Source: a virus
Taxonomy: Duplodnaviria; Caudoviricetes
DNA length: 64,000 nucleotides
IMG/VR virus record: IMGVR_UViG_3300021431_000079
Coordinates: 32,001-96,000 of that record
Reading direction: 5' to 3' (one strand)
Part shown: piece by piece, positions 1 through 10,268 of the stretch
Numbering within the stretch: the stretch's first letter is position 1
How the letters are laid out: each line of letters begins with the position of its first letter
The notes under the pieces: model-generated
Told to the model about the DNA's origin: nothing
Database searches by the model: none
The model's input: the letters and a program-made list of their open reading frames with translations, nothing else
Program-made: the position numbers and the translations under genes

Positions 1-460
1 CTTTAGAAGAGGGACTTTGGGAGAGAGAGATCTTTTGGGGAGAAGGTTTTTGGAGAGGAAAAGGACTCTGGAAAAAGAAGGGTTATTTTGGGAGAGGTGA
101 TATTTTTGGGAAGTGTTATTTATAGGAAGAGATTTATATGGAGAACGATGGAAAAGCCCGATGGGATATGGGAGGAGCGTTTGGGAGGAGGGAGAGTGTG
201 GTGGGGTGAGGAGGGGGCGAGGGAGGCGATGAGGAGGAAGGTATAGTTTTTGCGTTGATTATAATTGATTTAGGATGGGAGTTTTATTGGGTGTGTAGGT
301 GAAGGAGCTATAGCACTGCCCGCGTTTTCGGGGGTTAAAAAATCTAAAAAATACCCCGGATAAAATTGAAGAAAATAACTATTTTCCCGCATTTATGGGG
401 CTTTTTGAAATAAATCAAAAATTTTATTTTTTTGTAGCTTTTTGGGGTTAAATTAAAATA

Positions 461-469
461 TGATACAAT
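461..469 (+). promoter_or_regulatory. Possible extended -10 promoter (TGnTACAAT) ahead of the GC-rich non-coding region
   Basis: tgatacaat at 461-469 after an AT-rich tract; no clear -35. Confidence 0.35.
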
Positions 470-1226
470 CGGCGAAGCCGACCGCGAGACTTCGCCGCCC
501 ACCTTCACGCGGTCACAGGCAAGCAACCCCAACCGGGGACAGACAGCCCGCCGCCATGCAGTAAACGCACCACCCACACAACCACACCAACCCGCCCGCC
601 CACATGGACGAGCCGCACCGCACGAGGATTTACGACAGTATCCAAGCATAGGAGTCACCCCGCGCACCATGCCCCACGCGCAACTTACGACTTGAACCAC
701 CCGCCACCGCGAACGGCCACCAACAGCCGCCCGCGACCGGGACAGGCAAGGAAGGAAGACGCACCCCAGAAACGTGACAACCGCCCGCCGATCAACGCGC
801 CCCGCATATGGGGCAAGCTCGAAAGCCGTCACCGCGTAAGAGTGGCAAAAGGCCGGACAACTGAGAAAACAACAGCCCCCGCGAGACGCGCGGGAGACAC
901 GAACCTTTACAACCTACGGCAACCGCACCGCGCGAGGAGCGCGGGGCTGTAGAGCATAGCAAGGAGCGACAACGACACGCACGGACGCGGACAGGGTAAC
1001 ACCTGCCGCACGCGTGAGAGTTGGACAGGGTAACACCTGCCACCCTCACACACTCAGCCCGCGACAGTGCCGGCGCGCCTACCTTGAAACGACCCTGAGA
1101 GCGGACACCGCGAGCGACTACTACAGCCGCTTTACTCACCGCCTGCCATGCGTTGGACAGCGTGACAGGCGGGAGAAAATCAGGAAAGCCCGGCGAGACG
1201 GTCAGAGAGTCCCGCCCGGGCTTTTT
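470..1226 (+). ncRNA. Candidate long structured non-coding region
   Basis: GC- and C-rich with no credible ORF. Inverted repeats 470-477/490-497, 872-879/943-950 and 1185-1193/1216-1224, the last followed by a T-run. Confidence 0.35.
989..1041 (+). repeat. 19-bp direct repeat GGACAGGGTAACACCTGCC x2
   Basis: Identical copies at 989-1007 and 1023-1041. Confidence 0.9.
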
Positions 1227-1351
1227 GTCGTATCTTTTCACAAGCTCACGACACAGTGCGCGGGCTTATGAAAGGACGCGACACAGCGCCCCGGAAAATT
1301 GAATATACAGCCACCGCGAACAGGCTATAAACGGCGAGAAAGGTTAACACA

Positions 1352-2350
1352 ATGACAAGAAAGAACACCGCAACCGCAACCGCAACCAACAACACCAACA
1401 CCAACACCAACACCAACAAGACCAACACCGCAAAGAAAGGAACTAAAGCCATGAAAAACACCAACAAGACCAACAACACCACCAACACCACCGCAACCGT
1501 TAACACCATCAACGCGCCCGCAACCGTAACTATTAACCCGGCAGACCTGCCCACCGTCAAAAACAACGTATTTGCGGACTGCGACGGCTTCAGGCTTGCA
1601 CTTTTCAACCGTCGCAATACTATTGAAGCGGTCAAGCTTACCGAAGACCGCGCCCGCATTGAAAAGGCCATGAAGGCCGAAGGCTTAACCCTCGTAGAGC
1701 TTGAAGCCCTGCGGATTAAATACACAATGTTAACCGCGTCTATCAATGCACGAGTTGAAAACGCGACAGCAACCCGCGCCGCATATGCTGAATTTATTTC
1801 AACAGTTATCAACGCGGGCAACAAGCCGCAAACGGTTGAATTCATTCTTAATCTGTTGTCTACTGCCGAAGTCCCCGCCCTGAGAGCTTACGCACTCCGC
1901 GGAGCACTCGGAACGACTGCCGGAAGTACGGCGGAAGTATTCTATAATATTTTCGACAAGTTTTTACACCCCGCGGACGGTTACACCGCGGACGGACGCG
2001 CAAACGTGCCCGCGGCAGTATACAAGACCACCGCTGGCGCGCTTGAAACACTTTTTAAGGAAGCGTTTTCTCTGCCGTTCGCGTCCTCTGTCAGTGAGAA
2101 GACAAGAGTCAAACTCAGCGGAAAAAATATCAATCATGTTATCATGAGTTATGCCAAGTGCATAACCTGCGGAGTATCGAACGACAAGAAGACTAACGCC
2201 ATTTCTATTGATACTGACACGGACGTTAAGCCCGCTATCACGAAGACTATTAAAAAGGGCATTGTATCTTACAATGCTAACGAGTTTATGAAAAATATTA
2301 CAAATATCTTGCTTTCAAAGCTCGGAACGAGTGAGGAAGAAAACAAGTAA
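1352..2350 (+). CDS. Hypothetical protein with an N/T low-complexity N-terminus (true start may be 1451)
   Basis: 332-aa ORF; AAAGGA RBS before ATG 1451; ACCAAC-type microrepeats at about 1365-1510. Confidence 0.75.
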   Translation: MTRKNTATATATNNTNTNTNTNKTNTAKKGTKAMKNTNKTNNTTNTTATVNTINAPATVTINPADLPTVKNNVFADCDGFRLALFNRRNTIEAVKLTEDRARIEKAMKAEGLTLVELEALRIKYTMLTASINARVENATATRAAYAEFISTVINAGNKPQTVEFILNLLSTAEVPALRAYALRGALGTTAGSTAEVFYNIFDKFLHPADGYTADGRANVPAAVYKTTAGALETLFKEAFSLPFASSVSEKTRVKLSGKNINHVIMSYAKCITCGVSNDKKTNAISIDTDTDVKPAITKTIKKGIVSYNANEFMKNITNILLSKLGTSEEENK

Positions 2351-2371
2351 ATAAACAATTAGTATACTTTC

Positions 2372-2419
2372 CCCACTGGCAGGACTGGCCTGCTTTACAC
2401 GTTCGAGTCGTGCAGTGGG
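2372..2419 (+). ncRNA. Mini tRNA-like element (7-bp stem, hairpin, T-arm)
   Basis: cccactg/cagtggg stem, gcagg/cctgc hairpin, cacg-TTCGAGT-cgtg T-loop, then a T-run. Confidence 0.55.
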
Positions 2420-2832
2420 ATTTTTTAGCATGAAATCACGCAATTTCTATGTGCTTTTTGTTCTATTTCTGCGCCACTTCTGACACGTTTTTACGCAATT
2501 TCAGCGCAATCCGACAGAATTTCCACGCTAAAATTCTGTCCCTTTGCGCTATCACTCTGCCCTGATCAGAATGATTTCTACGGAATAACCACGCTCAGAA
2601 TCAACGCAATAATTCTATCTCAAAAAAAATATTAGACGCTATTCCTGTAGTTTCTACGGGCTTACTGTGTCTTTTATTGTTCCTATCGTCCAGTCTGACT
2701 CTCGCATACTTTCACGGAGACATATGCGCCCGAGGGAGAACTGCGGCATAGACTGGTGAAGCGTGTAATATCACGCAATAACTTTATCATTTTTACGGGA
2801 GAACCCTGCCCGAAGTGGGAGAAGGAGAAAAA

Positions 2833-3171
2833 ATGAACAATACTGTTTATCGTCAGAATCGCGTCAATAATATCATCGAGAAGTATGTCAATATTTTCGG
2901 AACAAGTGTTCTGAAATATTGCTATGATCACGGGTTCACACTGTCCCTCGTATGCTCTTTGTCCGGGGATATCACATATTCTGATGAGTGGTTAGACAGT
3001 GAGGGCAGAGAGAACGTCCCATGTTGTGACGGTTGGGAGACCGTAGACATTGACGGTGATGATGTTTATTATGAGGATTTTTCCGATCCTGATAATAACG
3101 GTCATACCTCGTTCAATTTGTCGGATTATGTATATACCAACCCGACAATTGGCGAGTTATGCAATATCTAA
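2833..3171 (+). CDS. Hypothetical acidic protein
   Basis: AAGGAG RBS and ATG 2833. Confidence 0.7.
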   Translation: MNNTVYRQNRVNNIIEKYVNIFGTSVLKYCYDHGFTLSLVCSLSGDITYSDEWLDSEGRENVPCCDGWETVDIDGDDVYYEDFSDPDNNGHTSFNLSDYVYTNPTIGELCNI

Positions 3172-3252
3172 CAATATTCTATTGTGGGATTATCCACGCT
3201 ACTACACCACCATATTGCGCTCACTGCATATAGTGTGAGAGAAGGAGTAATT

Positions 3253-3402
3253 ATGTCACAAGAAACACGCACCTACAAACTTTTTGCCCTTCAGGCAGCC
3301 AGAGACCTTTGCTATCCTGCGAAGGTTATCTCTGCCCTGAAAGCGGCACAGTCAGAATCTGAGATCTGCCGTATTATGACAACGGCAAGGAAGGAGTCAT
3401 AA
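3253..3402 (+). CDS. Small hypothetical protein
   Basis: AAGGAG RBS; stop overlaps the next start (TAATG). Confidence 0.6.
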   Translation: MSQETRTYKLFALQAARDLCYPAKVISALKAAQSESEICRIMTTARKES

Positions 3403-3587
3403 TGAACAACAAGAAGTATTATTCCGTCTATCTGTCAATCCGGGAAGAAGCAGACAAGCTCTCCTCCTACTTAAAGTCCCACACTCACTATTACGAGCGT
3501 TCGGGCTGTGGCTCAGGCTATCACTTCTCCGTGCTTCTTGCGCCTGAAGAAGTCGAAGAAGTAAATACCTTCCTCGACACCCTTTGA
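3402..3587 (+). CDS. Small hypothetical protein, paralogue of 12286..12468
   Basis: Shared AxKxSxYL...GYHFxV...EE(V/I)NxxL-like pattern. Confidence 0.7.
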   Translation: MNNKKYYSVYLSIREEADKLSSYLKSHTHYYERSGCGSGYHFSVLLAPEEVEEVNTFLDTL

Positions 3588-3589
3588 GA

Positions 3590-3665
3590 GCCGAAACCGT
3601 CCTATATAGTGAAATTAAAATATAGGGCGGTCTGCGTAAGATGGTAACTTGCGCACTGACGAGGC
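3590..3665 (+). ncRNA. Type II hammerhead ribozyme
   Basis: gcc-GAAA-ccgtcctata/tatagggcgg-TC (predicted cleavage after C3632)-tgcgtaag/cttgcgca-CTGACGA-ggc; all core nucleotides and three stems present. Confidence 0.9.
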
Positions 3666-3703
3666 AAACCTCACAGAAACAGAAACCAGAAAGGAAAAGA
3701 AAA

Positions 3704-3892
3704 ATGGAGGAGACTATTTTTACAGTAAGTGTTGCCCTTGCAGTTCTCGCCTTCCTGTTTGCCTATGTGGCAACGGAAAACATACTTTTGCAGTTACTCA
3801 TTCCCCTGATCATCATATTTATGGGGATTATTCTCATGGCCTTTCATATGGCATGGGAAGAAGTTATAAACGGAAAGGAGATAAAGAAATGA
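3704..3892 (+). CDS. Small membrane protein (two hydrophobic segments)
   Basis: AAAGGA RBS; hydrophobic translation. Confidence 0.6.
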   Translation: MEETIFTVSVALAVLAFLFAYVATENILLQLLIPLIIIFMGIILMAFHMAWEEVINGKEIKK

Positions 3893-4251
3893 CAAACAGA
3901 CTTAACCAAACGGAACTTGAAATCAGCTTCCTGCTTTACGGAGACTACGACTCTCTCTCCGTATATGCACAGGAACAGAACGAAAAGCTTTTCGAAGAAG
4001 ATATCACCACTCCCGGAAAGCGCCATAACGGAAAGCGTGATACCCACGCAAGAAAGCGGAAAAAGGGTATCTATGCAGGTATTCGTCACATCAATACTTG
4101 CACCGTAAGAGAGAGCAGAAAATATCCCTATTCCCAAATGTTGGGAAAAGGAAAGCGGCACGACCATGTGTATCAGGATGAACCGAGTAATCCTGAAAGG
4201 AAAGCAAAGGCAAAAGCGAAAGCAGAATTCGCCCTTTATCTGTTTGACTAA
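3889..4251 (+). CDS. Hypothetical basic protein
   Basis: AAAGGAG RBS and ATG 3889. Confidence 0.6.
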   Translation: MTNRLNQTELEISFLLYGDYDSLSVYAQEQNEKLFEEDITTPGKRHNGKRDTHARKRKKGIYAGIRHINTCTVRESRKYPYSQMLGKGKRHDHVYQDEPSNPERKAKAKAKAEFALYLFD

Positions 4252-4379
4252 TATCCAGACAGAGCACACAAGGGAACGGAAAAAAGAATTCTCTTGTGTG
4301 TTCCAATGTGGGTATTACTCACACAAGGCAAATTAAAAAAAACAACGCACCTATGCGACAAATAGGAAAGGAGAAAAAT

Positions 4380-4958
4380 ATGACAACTTATGTACTCAAT
4401 CAGAAACTCAATGGAGTCGAGATCTCTTTTGATTCCAAACCTACAAGGGAAGTGTTAACTTCCCTCAAGACAAATGGATTTAGATGGAATCCGAAAAAGT
4501 CCATCTGGTACGCAAAGCAGAGTGAATCGACTCTTAACTTTGCAAAGGGTATCTGCGGCAATGCAGGAACGGAAACCAAAGTAGAGGCTAAAGCAGAAAC
4601 GGAAACCAGAATTGCACCTGTCAATGCTTACGGCGTAAAGGTAGGTGATCTGTTTTACGATACCTACGGATATGATGCCACGTTATATGACTTCTATGAA
4701 GTTGTGGCGTTAAGAGGTACAAAACAGGTAGTTCTTAGACCTGTTGCAGAAGAGAGAAAGCAAACGGACTTCTGCTCTGCCGAGGTAAAGCCCATCAAGG
4801 GAAAGTACCTCACTGGTAACGGATACAAGACCAGACTGCTTTCTGGTTCAGATGAAGTTCTGGTAAGAACCTGCACCAACAACGGAAACTACGTTAAGGC
4901 CGGAAAACTCTATCCCGCTTCATGGGATAGAACCTTTAGCGAGAGCAACTATCACTAA
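4380..4958 (+). CDS. Hypothetical protein; N-terminus resembles polyvalent-protein-associated domains
   Basis: GVEISFDSKPTREVLTSLKTNGFRWNPKKSIWYAK; AAAGGAG RBS. Confidence 0.6.
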   Translation: MTTYVLNQKLNGVEISFDSKPTREVLTSLKTNGFRWNPKKSIWYAKQSESTLNFAKGICGNAGTETKVEAKAETETRIAPVNAYGVKVGDLFYDTYGYDATLYDFYEVVALRGTKQVVLRPVAEERKQTDFCSAEVKPIKGKYLTGNGYKTRLLSGSDEVLVRTCTNNGNYVKAGKLYPASWDRTFSESNYH

Positions 4959-5049
4959 AGGCAAATTAAAAAAACTGAATACAATGTAAGACCTTGCCTG
5001 ATGGTAAGGCAAAGCAAAAATCAAAGCGAAAGCAAAGGAGAAAAGAAAA

Positions 5050-6547
5050 ATGAAAAACTATGAAGTTATCAACGGCGAAGTGGTTGATGTTACTACGGTT
5101 ATGGACAAGTCTGTGACCTTCGTCCCCACAAGGGAAGTTGCCGAAGAGATAAAAAATAAAGTCTATAACCTGCTGAATGAGTATTTTCCGGGTTACCTCC
5201 ATAAGGCAAACGGTATCAATGACATGTTTGCCCCGGATGGTGTTTTCTGGGAAAGGAAAGGGTGGTTATGGGATGCATTCTCCAAACATCCCAACTGGAA
5301 CGGAAAGGGGCAGATAGTCCTTCGTGGCGTGAATATGAAGCGCCATATTGACTACTCAGAAGCTATGAGATTTTTCAGGTATGTCTATAACGTACTTGAC
5401 ACCCTCACTGATGAACAGAGATATGATTACACATATAACGGTGGGGATGAGATTATTCCCTATGCAGAAGGGAAAGCAAAGTTAGATAAGCTCACGGCTA
5501 ATCGTGTGTTGGCTGAACGACTGTATTACCATTACAGAAATAAGGACAAATATAACATTGCTGATAAGGTTGTCGAGGCATACAGGCGGTTGTACAGGGA
5601 GATTAACAAATACCATCTCGTTGAAAGATACAACAAGGAGTTGTCCTGCCTTTCCTTAATAAAGGAAAAGATAAAATACGATAGAGAGTATATCGTATCA
5701 GATTTCGTTGCTGAAAAAAATAAACGAAATCATGGAAGATCCTCGCTTCACAAGCGAAGGAACAAAGTTCTCTCGTCTTGTAGGCAAGCTCTGCAAGCGA
5801 ATGGGTATCAACAAGCACGTTGATATTCAGACCGTCAGTTTTACAAGGCAGGACGGAACTGAGGTAACCAGAACTGTGGACAAGGGATATAATAAGCAGT
5901 TCGCCGCTTTTGGTGATGCTATCAATCCTTTGTCGGTCAAGGCAACCGCAGTTATCTCCGTCAATCCGATGGACTATTATACAATGTCCTTCGGAAAGTC
6001 GTGGGCTTCCTGCCAGACTATTGACAAAAATAACCGCAGGGGCTGTGAAAACAGCTACCATGGCATGTACTGCTCAGGAACGGAAAGCTACATGCTCGAC
6101 AATTCCACGGTGATAATGTATTACATCCCGGATGATTACGAAGGGAATCCTGAAAACTCTGACAAGCTCAAGAGGTGTGTGTTTTACCTTGGAGAAGACA
6201 AGGTCATTCAGGGTAGAGTATATCCTGATGGAAGAGACGGAGGAGACAATAGCCTCGCCGGAGACATGAGAAAGCTCATGTGTAAGGTAGTTTCAGAAGT
6301 TTTCGAGACTCCGAACTTCTGGAAATATAAGGGAGACACAAGTGCGTGCGAATCCGTAATTTATAGCGACGGAACACACTACCGCGATTACGAAAATTAT
6401 AGTGATTGCGGAGTCGCTTACATGAAGCGAATTGACGGATATATCAATAACCGCCACATTGATGTAGGCAGTGACCCGATTTGCCCGGAATGTGGCAAGG
6501 CTCACACACTTAACGATAACTTGTTCTGCTATGATTGTGGAGAATAA
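5050..6547 (+). pseudogene. Conserved-looking phage protein split by a +1 frameshift at an A7 run (5714-5720)
   Basis: ORFs 5050..5823 and 5708..6547 fuse (SDFVAEK-INEIMEDPRF) if one A is removed; the second ORF has no RBS. Confidence 0.7.
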
Positions 6548-6578
6548 GGCAAATTAAAAAAGAAAGGAGAATATAAAA

Positions 6579-7553
6579 ATGAAAAAAGCAAACATAGTCA
6601 CAGACGGGACAAAAAGAAACAAGCATTTTGAAGCTATCTGCTCCATGTCTCAGGAGCAGTTAAAGCTCCACCTCAAAGAGAAATTAAAATCCTTGGGAAG
6701 GAAAGTAATAGACGGAGATGGTTTTCTCTATTCAGAAGGGAGTTTCCCGGTGATGCTGTGTGCTCATCTTGACACAGTACACAAAGAACTCCCGAAAACC
6801 ATCGTATACGAGAAGGGAAAGGTATCTTCTCCACAGGGAATAGGTGGAGATGATCGGTGTGGGATATACATGATATTGGAGTTGTTAAAAACTCATCCAA
6901 ATATTCATGTATGCTTCTTCGAGGAAGAGGAGCACGGCGGCATAGGTAGTACGAAATTCACAGCAACGGAAACGTGTAATTCCCTCATAGGGAAACTGAA
7001 TTTCGTAATCGAGCTTGACCGTGCAAACAGCCGGGATGCGGTTTATTACAGTCAGGATAATTATGATTTTGAAAAATTCATAGAGAAAGAGTTTTTCGAA
7101 ATCGCATACGGCAGTTTTACAGATATCTGCCATATCTGTCCGACTTTAGAGTGTGCCGGAGTCAACCTGTCCTGCGGATATTATAATCAGCACACAGTAA
7201 AAGAGTATGTATGTCTAAGGGAGATGGAAACAGTTGTTGAAGAAGTCAGAAAGCTTCTCGATAGAACTACTGAGGCTGACAAGTTCGAGTATATTGAGTA
7301 TGTCAGCAAGGGAAAATGGTCTGACTTATACGGCTATGGCAATTATGGCTATAGCGATTATTACTACGGAAGTTATTACAAGAAACCGGCAATAAAAGGA
7401 AAAGAAGAAGAATATGATATCTACTTTTCCTTAAACAAAGAACACTGCATTGCAACAGTGCGTGCAGTGTCAACCTACGAGGCAATAGGGAAATTCCTCG
7501 TAGATCATGAAGACATGAGTTATTCAGATATCCTTACTTGTGTCAGGGTCTGA
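6579..7553 (+). CDS. M20/M28-family zinc peptidase-like protein
   Basis: AHLDTVH, GIGGDDRCG, EEEHGGIGS, ELDR and YYNQHT metal-binding motifs. Confidence 0.8.
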   Translation: MKKANIVTDGTKRNKHFEAICSMSQEQLKLHLKEKLKSLGRKVIDGDGFLYSEGSFPVMLCAHLDTVHKELPKTIVYEKGKVSSPQGIGGDDRCGIYMILELLKTHPNIHVCFFEEEEHGGIGSTKFTATETCNSLIGKLNFVIELDRANSRDAVYYSQDNYDFEKFIEKEFFEIAYGSFTDICHICPTLECAGVNLSCGYYNQHTVKEYVCLREMETVVEEVRKLLDRTTEADKFEYIEYVSKGKWSDLYGYGNYGYSDYYYGSYYKKPAIKGKEEEYDIYFSLNKEHCIATVRAVSTYEAIGKFLVDHEDMSYSDILTCVRV

Positions 7554-7657
7554 GTAACGGAAAGTAAAAAAGCAAAACAAATAAATTAAAAAACAAAAGC
7601 AAACAAAAGAAAACAAAGAAAAAAAACAAAACAAACAAAAGAAAGGAAAATAAAATC

Positions 7658-8215
7658 ATGGCAAACTATATCAGAAGCGAAATCGTAACCACCAACACCT
7701 CTAAGTACACTGGCTATACCAGAGTGTACAAGCGGAATGGACAGGAGTTTCCTGCTCTTGTTGACCTTCTCGGAAAGATCGTTACCACAGCAAACGGCAC
7801 AACTGCTGTAGTAGCACAGAAGAGAAACGGAATCGTTCTGTATGCTAACGGAAACGCAATTCCGTGTGCATATGGCAGGCGGCTGACCGCCTACAAGGTG
7901 ACGAAGAAGGGTACTTTAGGATTAAAGAATCCTGAGTTCGATATTGTCACTGTTACTAATGCAGATGGTGATCTGTTCTGGCAGAGAAGAGAAGTTAAGA
8001 AAGAGAAGCCAGTAATCCTCACTCAGGGAGAACTGAAGGAGCTTTTCCGTAACCTCTACGGAAAGGAAATTAAGATAACGGAGGGGAGAAGAGGACACAG
8101 GAATCGTAAGCTTGAGGAGCTTACGGCTATTCTGGAAAAGAAGCCTGAGACAAAAGAAGTCGTTAACATCGAAGTGAATCCTGATCCTGCTCAGGCAAAC
8201 TTCGAAATCGCATAA
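7658..8215 (+). CDS. Hypothetical protein
   Basis: AAAGGA RBS; 185 aa. Confidence 0.75.
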   Translation: MANYIRSEIVTTNTSKYTGYTRVYKRNGQEFPALVDLLGKIVTTANGTTAVVAQKRNGIVLYANGNAIPCAYGRRLTAYKVTKKGTLGLKNPEFDIVTVTNADGDLFWQRREVKKEKPVILTQGELKELFRNLYGKEIKITEGRRGHRNRKLEELTAILEKKPETKEVVNIEVNPDPAQANFEIA

Positions 8216-9053
8216 AGAAAGGAGATTAAAATGAAGCAAAAGAACATCGACTGGAATGGACTCTGTACATATATTGTGCAGAACAGAAAGATTCCGTCAA
8301 CCAAAGAAGCAGAAGAGAAATACGGCGTTCCATTCTCTATCTGGTTTGAGTTATCAACCAGAGAGACGGAACAGTTGCTTAGAAACTCGAAGCGTGTATT
8401 GAACAAATTGGAAGGGAGATAAAGAAGATGAAGAAAAATGGATTTTATTTAATGCTGAGGGGTAAGGATGTGTTCATCGTAACTGCACAGAAAGCTAAAA
8501 CAAAAGCTTTTCTACGTAAAGTGGCTCAGAAGTTAGAGCTTCCTGATGCACCGTCAGTTTTGGATGAACTTAGATATCTGATGCGTCCTGCAACTCTTGA
8601 AGTAAAGACCATTGCAGGAAGGGAGATGAACGAAATCTCCGGCGATAGCTTTGGCGGATATGGTCACTTCGTGGATGAGGATAAGGATCTCATCATTCGT
8701 GTAAATTAAGAAAGGGGAAATTAAAATGATGAATAAAGAAAAGTATACGTTAATCAGATTTAAGGATAATCTGGAATTTGACCCTCGTGAACATGCAGGA
8801 ATAAAAATGCCGAATGGAAATGTGATTTGCTTCTGTTGCGGCGGCATTCTGGAACAGGAAGATTACGATATTATTGAGGATAATATTCCTTGGCAGTATT
8901 TAGATGAAGCGGCTTTGGAAGCTTTACACATTTAACCGTTGATAGAATCCATCATCACAAAAGCGAAATTAAAATAGTGATGATGGGTTCAATTGAGCGG
9001 TTAACAGCCAAAGGCAAAAATAAAAAAACACGCTCAAAGAAAGGATATTAGAA

Positions 9054-9500
9054 ATGAAGTTGTATGATTTGGAATTAGATGCCAACAAACGACCAATTCT
9101 CGTAGAAGAGAAAGCGTTTCGGTATTCATCGAGATGTAACACACCGAAACTTATTAAAGAGATGTTAAACACATGCTTTAACCTTTGCAACAAAGCAGAG
9201 GAACATGTGTATTTAATCGCACTGAATACAAAGCTAAATGTATCCGGTGTATTTTTAATTAGTAAGGGAACAATAAATGCATCAATCTGTAATCCAAGAG
9301 AAATATTACAGAGATGTTTTATAGTTGGGGCATCAGCGTTTGTTATTGCTCATAATCATCCATCTGGTGATTGTTCACCGTCAAGGGAGGATGTAGAAAC
9401 ATATAATAAGCTAAAAGAAGCCGGGAATATCATGGGCATTCAGTGTTTAGACAGTATAATTCTGTCAAACAGCGATTATTATTCATTAAGCGAAAATTAA
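9054..9500 (+). CDS. RadC-like JAB domain protein
   Basis: EEHVYLIALN...PREI...AHNHPSGDCSPSREDV...LDSIIL. Confidence 0.9.
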   Translation: MKLYDLELDANKRPILVEEKAFRYSSRCNTPKLIKEMLNTCFNLCNKAEEHVYLIALNTKLNVSGVFLISKGTINASICNPREILQRCFIVGASAFVIAHNHPSGDCSPSREDVETYNKLKEAGNIMGIQCLDSIILSNSDYYSLSEN

Positions 9501-9518
9501 ATTAAGGAGGAAATCAAT

Positions 9519-10268
9519 ATGTCAGCATATGTAAAAGCATTAGGTTTCAAAGTTCCGATCATCGCATGGAGCGATGAGGCAGTAGCACGGAATGTGCGTA
9601 AGGCAAAAGAAGATCGTGACTTACTTATGCAGAATGTAAATGACATTCATGTTGACCTGCTTCCCGGAAACGAAAAAACAGGATGTATGAGCTACACAGT
9701 ATCTCTGTACCCGGTTCTGGATTGTGGTGGATGTAAGGGATGCCCTTGCAGAAACATCTGCTACGACTTGAGACATGATGTTATTAAAAAGGATTGCAGA
9801 AAGTACCGTCTGATCAATTCTGCTATCCACAAGGCAGACGCGGAACGTTACTGGAAGGAAATTGAAGAGCAGATTAACTCTCTCTTCTGCGTTTTTCTTA
9901 GAGGAAACGTAGGGGGAGACCTTACAGATGAAGATTTCTTCTATCTATTTGAAATGTGCAAGCGAAATCAAAGATGCACATTTCAGTATTTCACAAAGAA
10001 TTATAGCGGTGGCAATGCCGCTATCAAAGCAAACGATGGTATATGGCCTGAGAACTTAAAGCTCATGTATTCCAGACTTCCCGGACTGGATTGTCCGAAC
10101 CCTTATAATGTCCCAGAAGCACACATTAACTTTGGGGATGGATGTCCCTGCACTGCTCCTGATTTTGGGAGTTACTTTTGCAAAGGAAACTGCACTGCAT
10201 GTTGGTACAAGGCAGAAGGGTGCATAGGATGTAAGCCCGGAGAGAGCGTTACATTTAACGCCCACTAA
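9519..10268 (+). CDS. Phage GP88-like Cys-rich protein
   Basis: GNEKTG...SLYP..C..C..C.C...CY, RGNVGGD, C-terminal CKGNCTAC. Confidence 0.6.
   Translation: MSAYVKALGFKVPIIAWSDEAVARNVRKAKEDRDLLMQNVNDIHVDLLPGNEKTGCMSYTVSLYPVLDCGGCKGCPCRNICYDLRHDVIKKDCRKYRLINSAIHKADAERYWKEIEEQINSLFCVFLRGNVGGDLTDEDFFYLFEMCKRNQRCTFQYFTKNYSGGNAAIKANDGIWPENLKLMYSRLPGLDCPNPYNVPEAHINFGDGCPCTAPDFGSYFCKGNCTACWYKAEGCIGCKPGESVTFNAH

Noticed and set aside
344-1271. ORFs 344..832, 692..952, 792..1241 and 1014..1271
   Set aside because: Low-complexity R/P/A-rich translations with no RBS; by-products of the GC-rich non-coding region.
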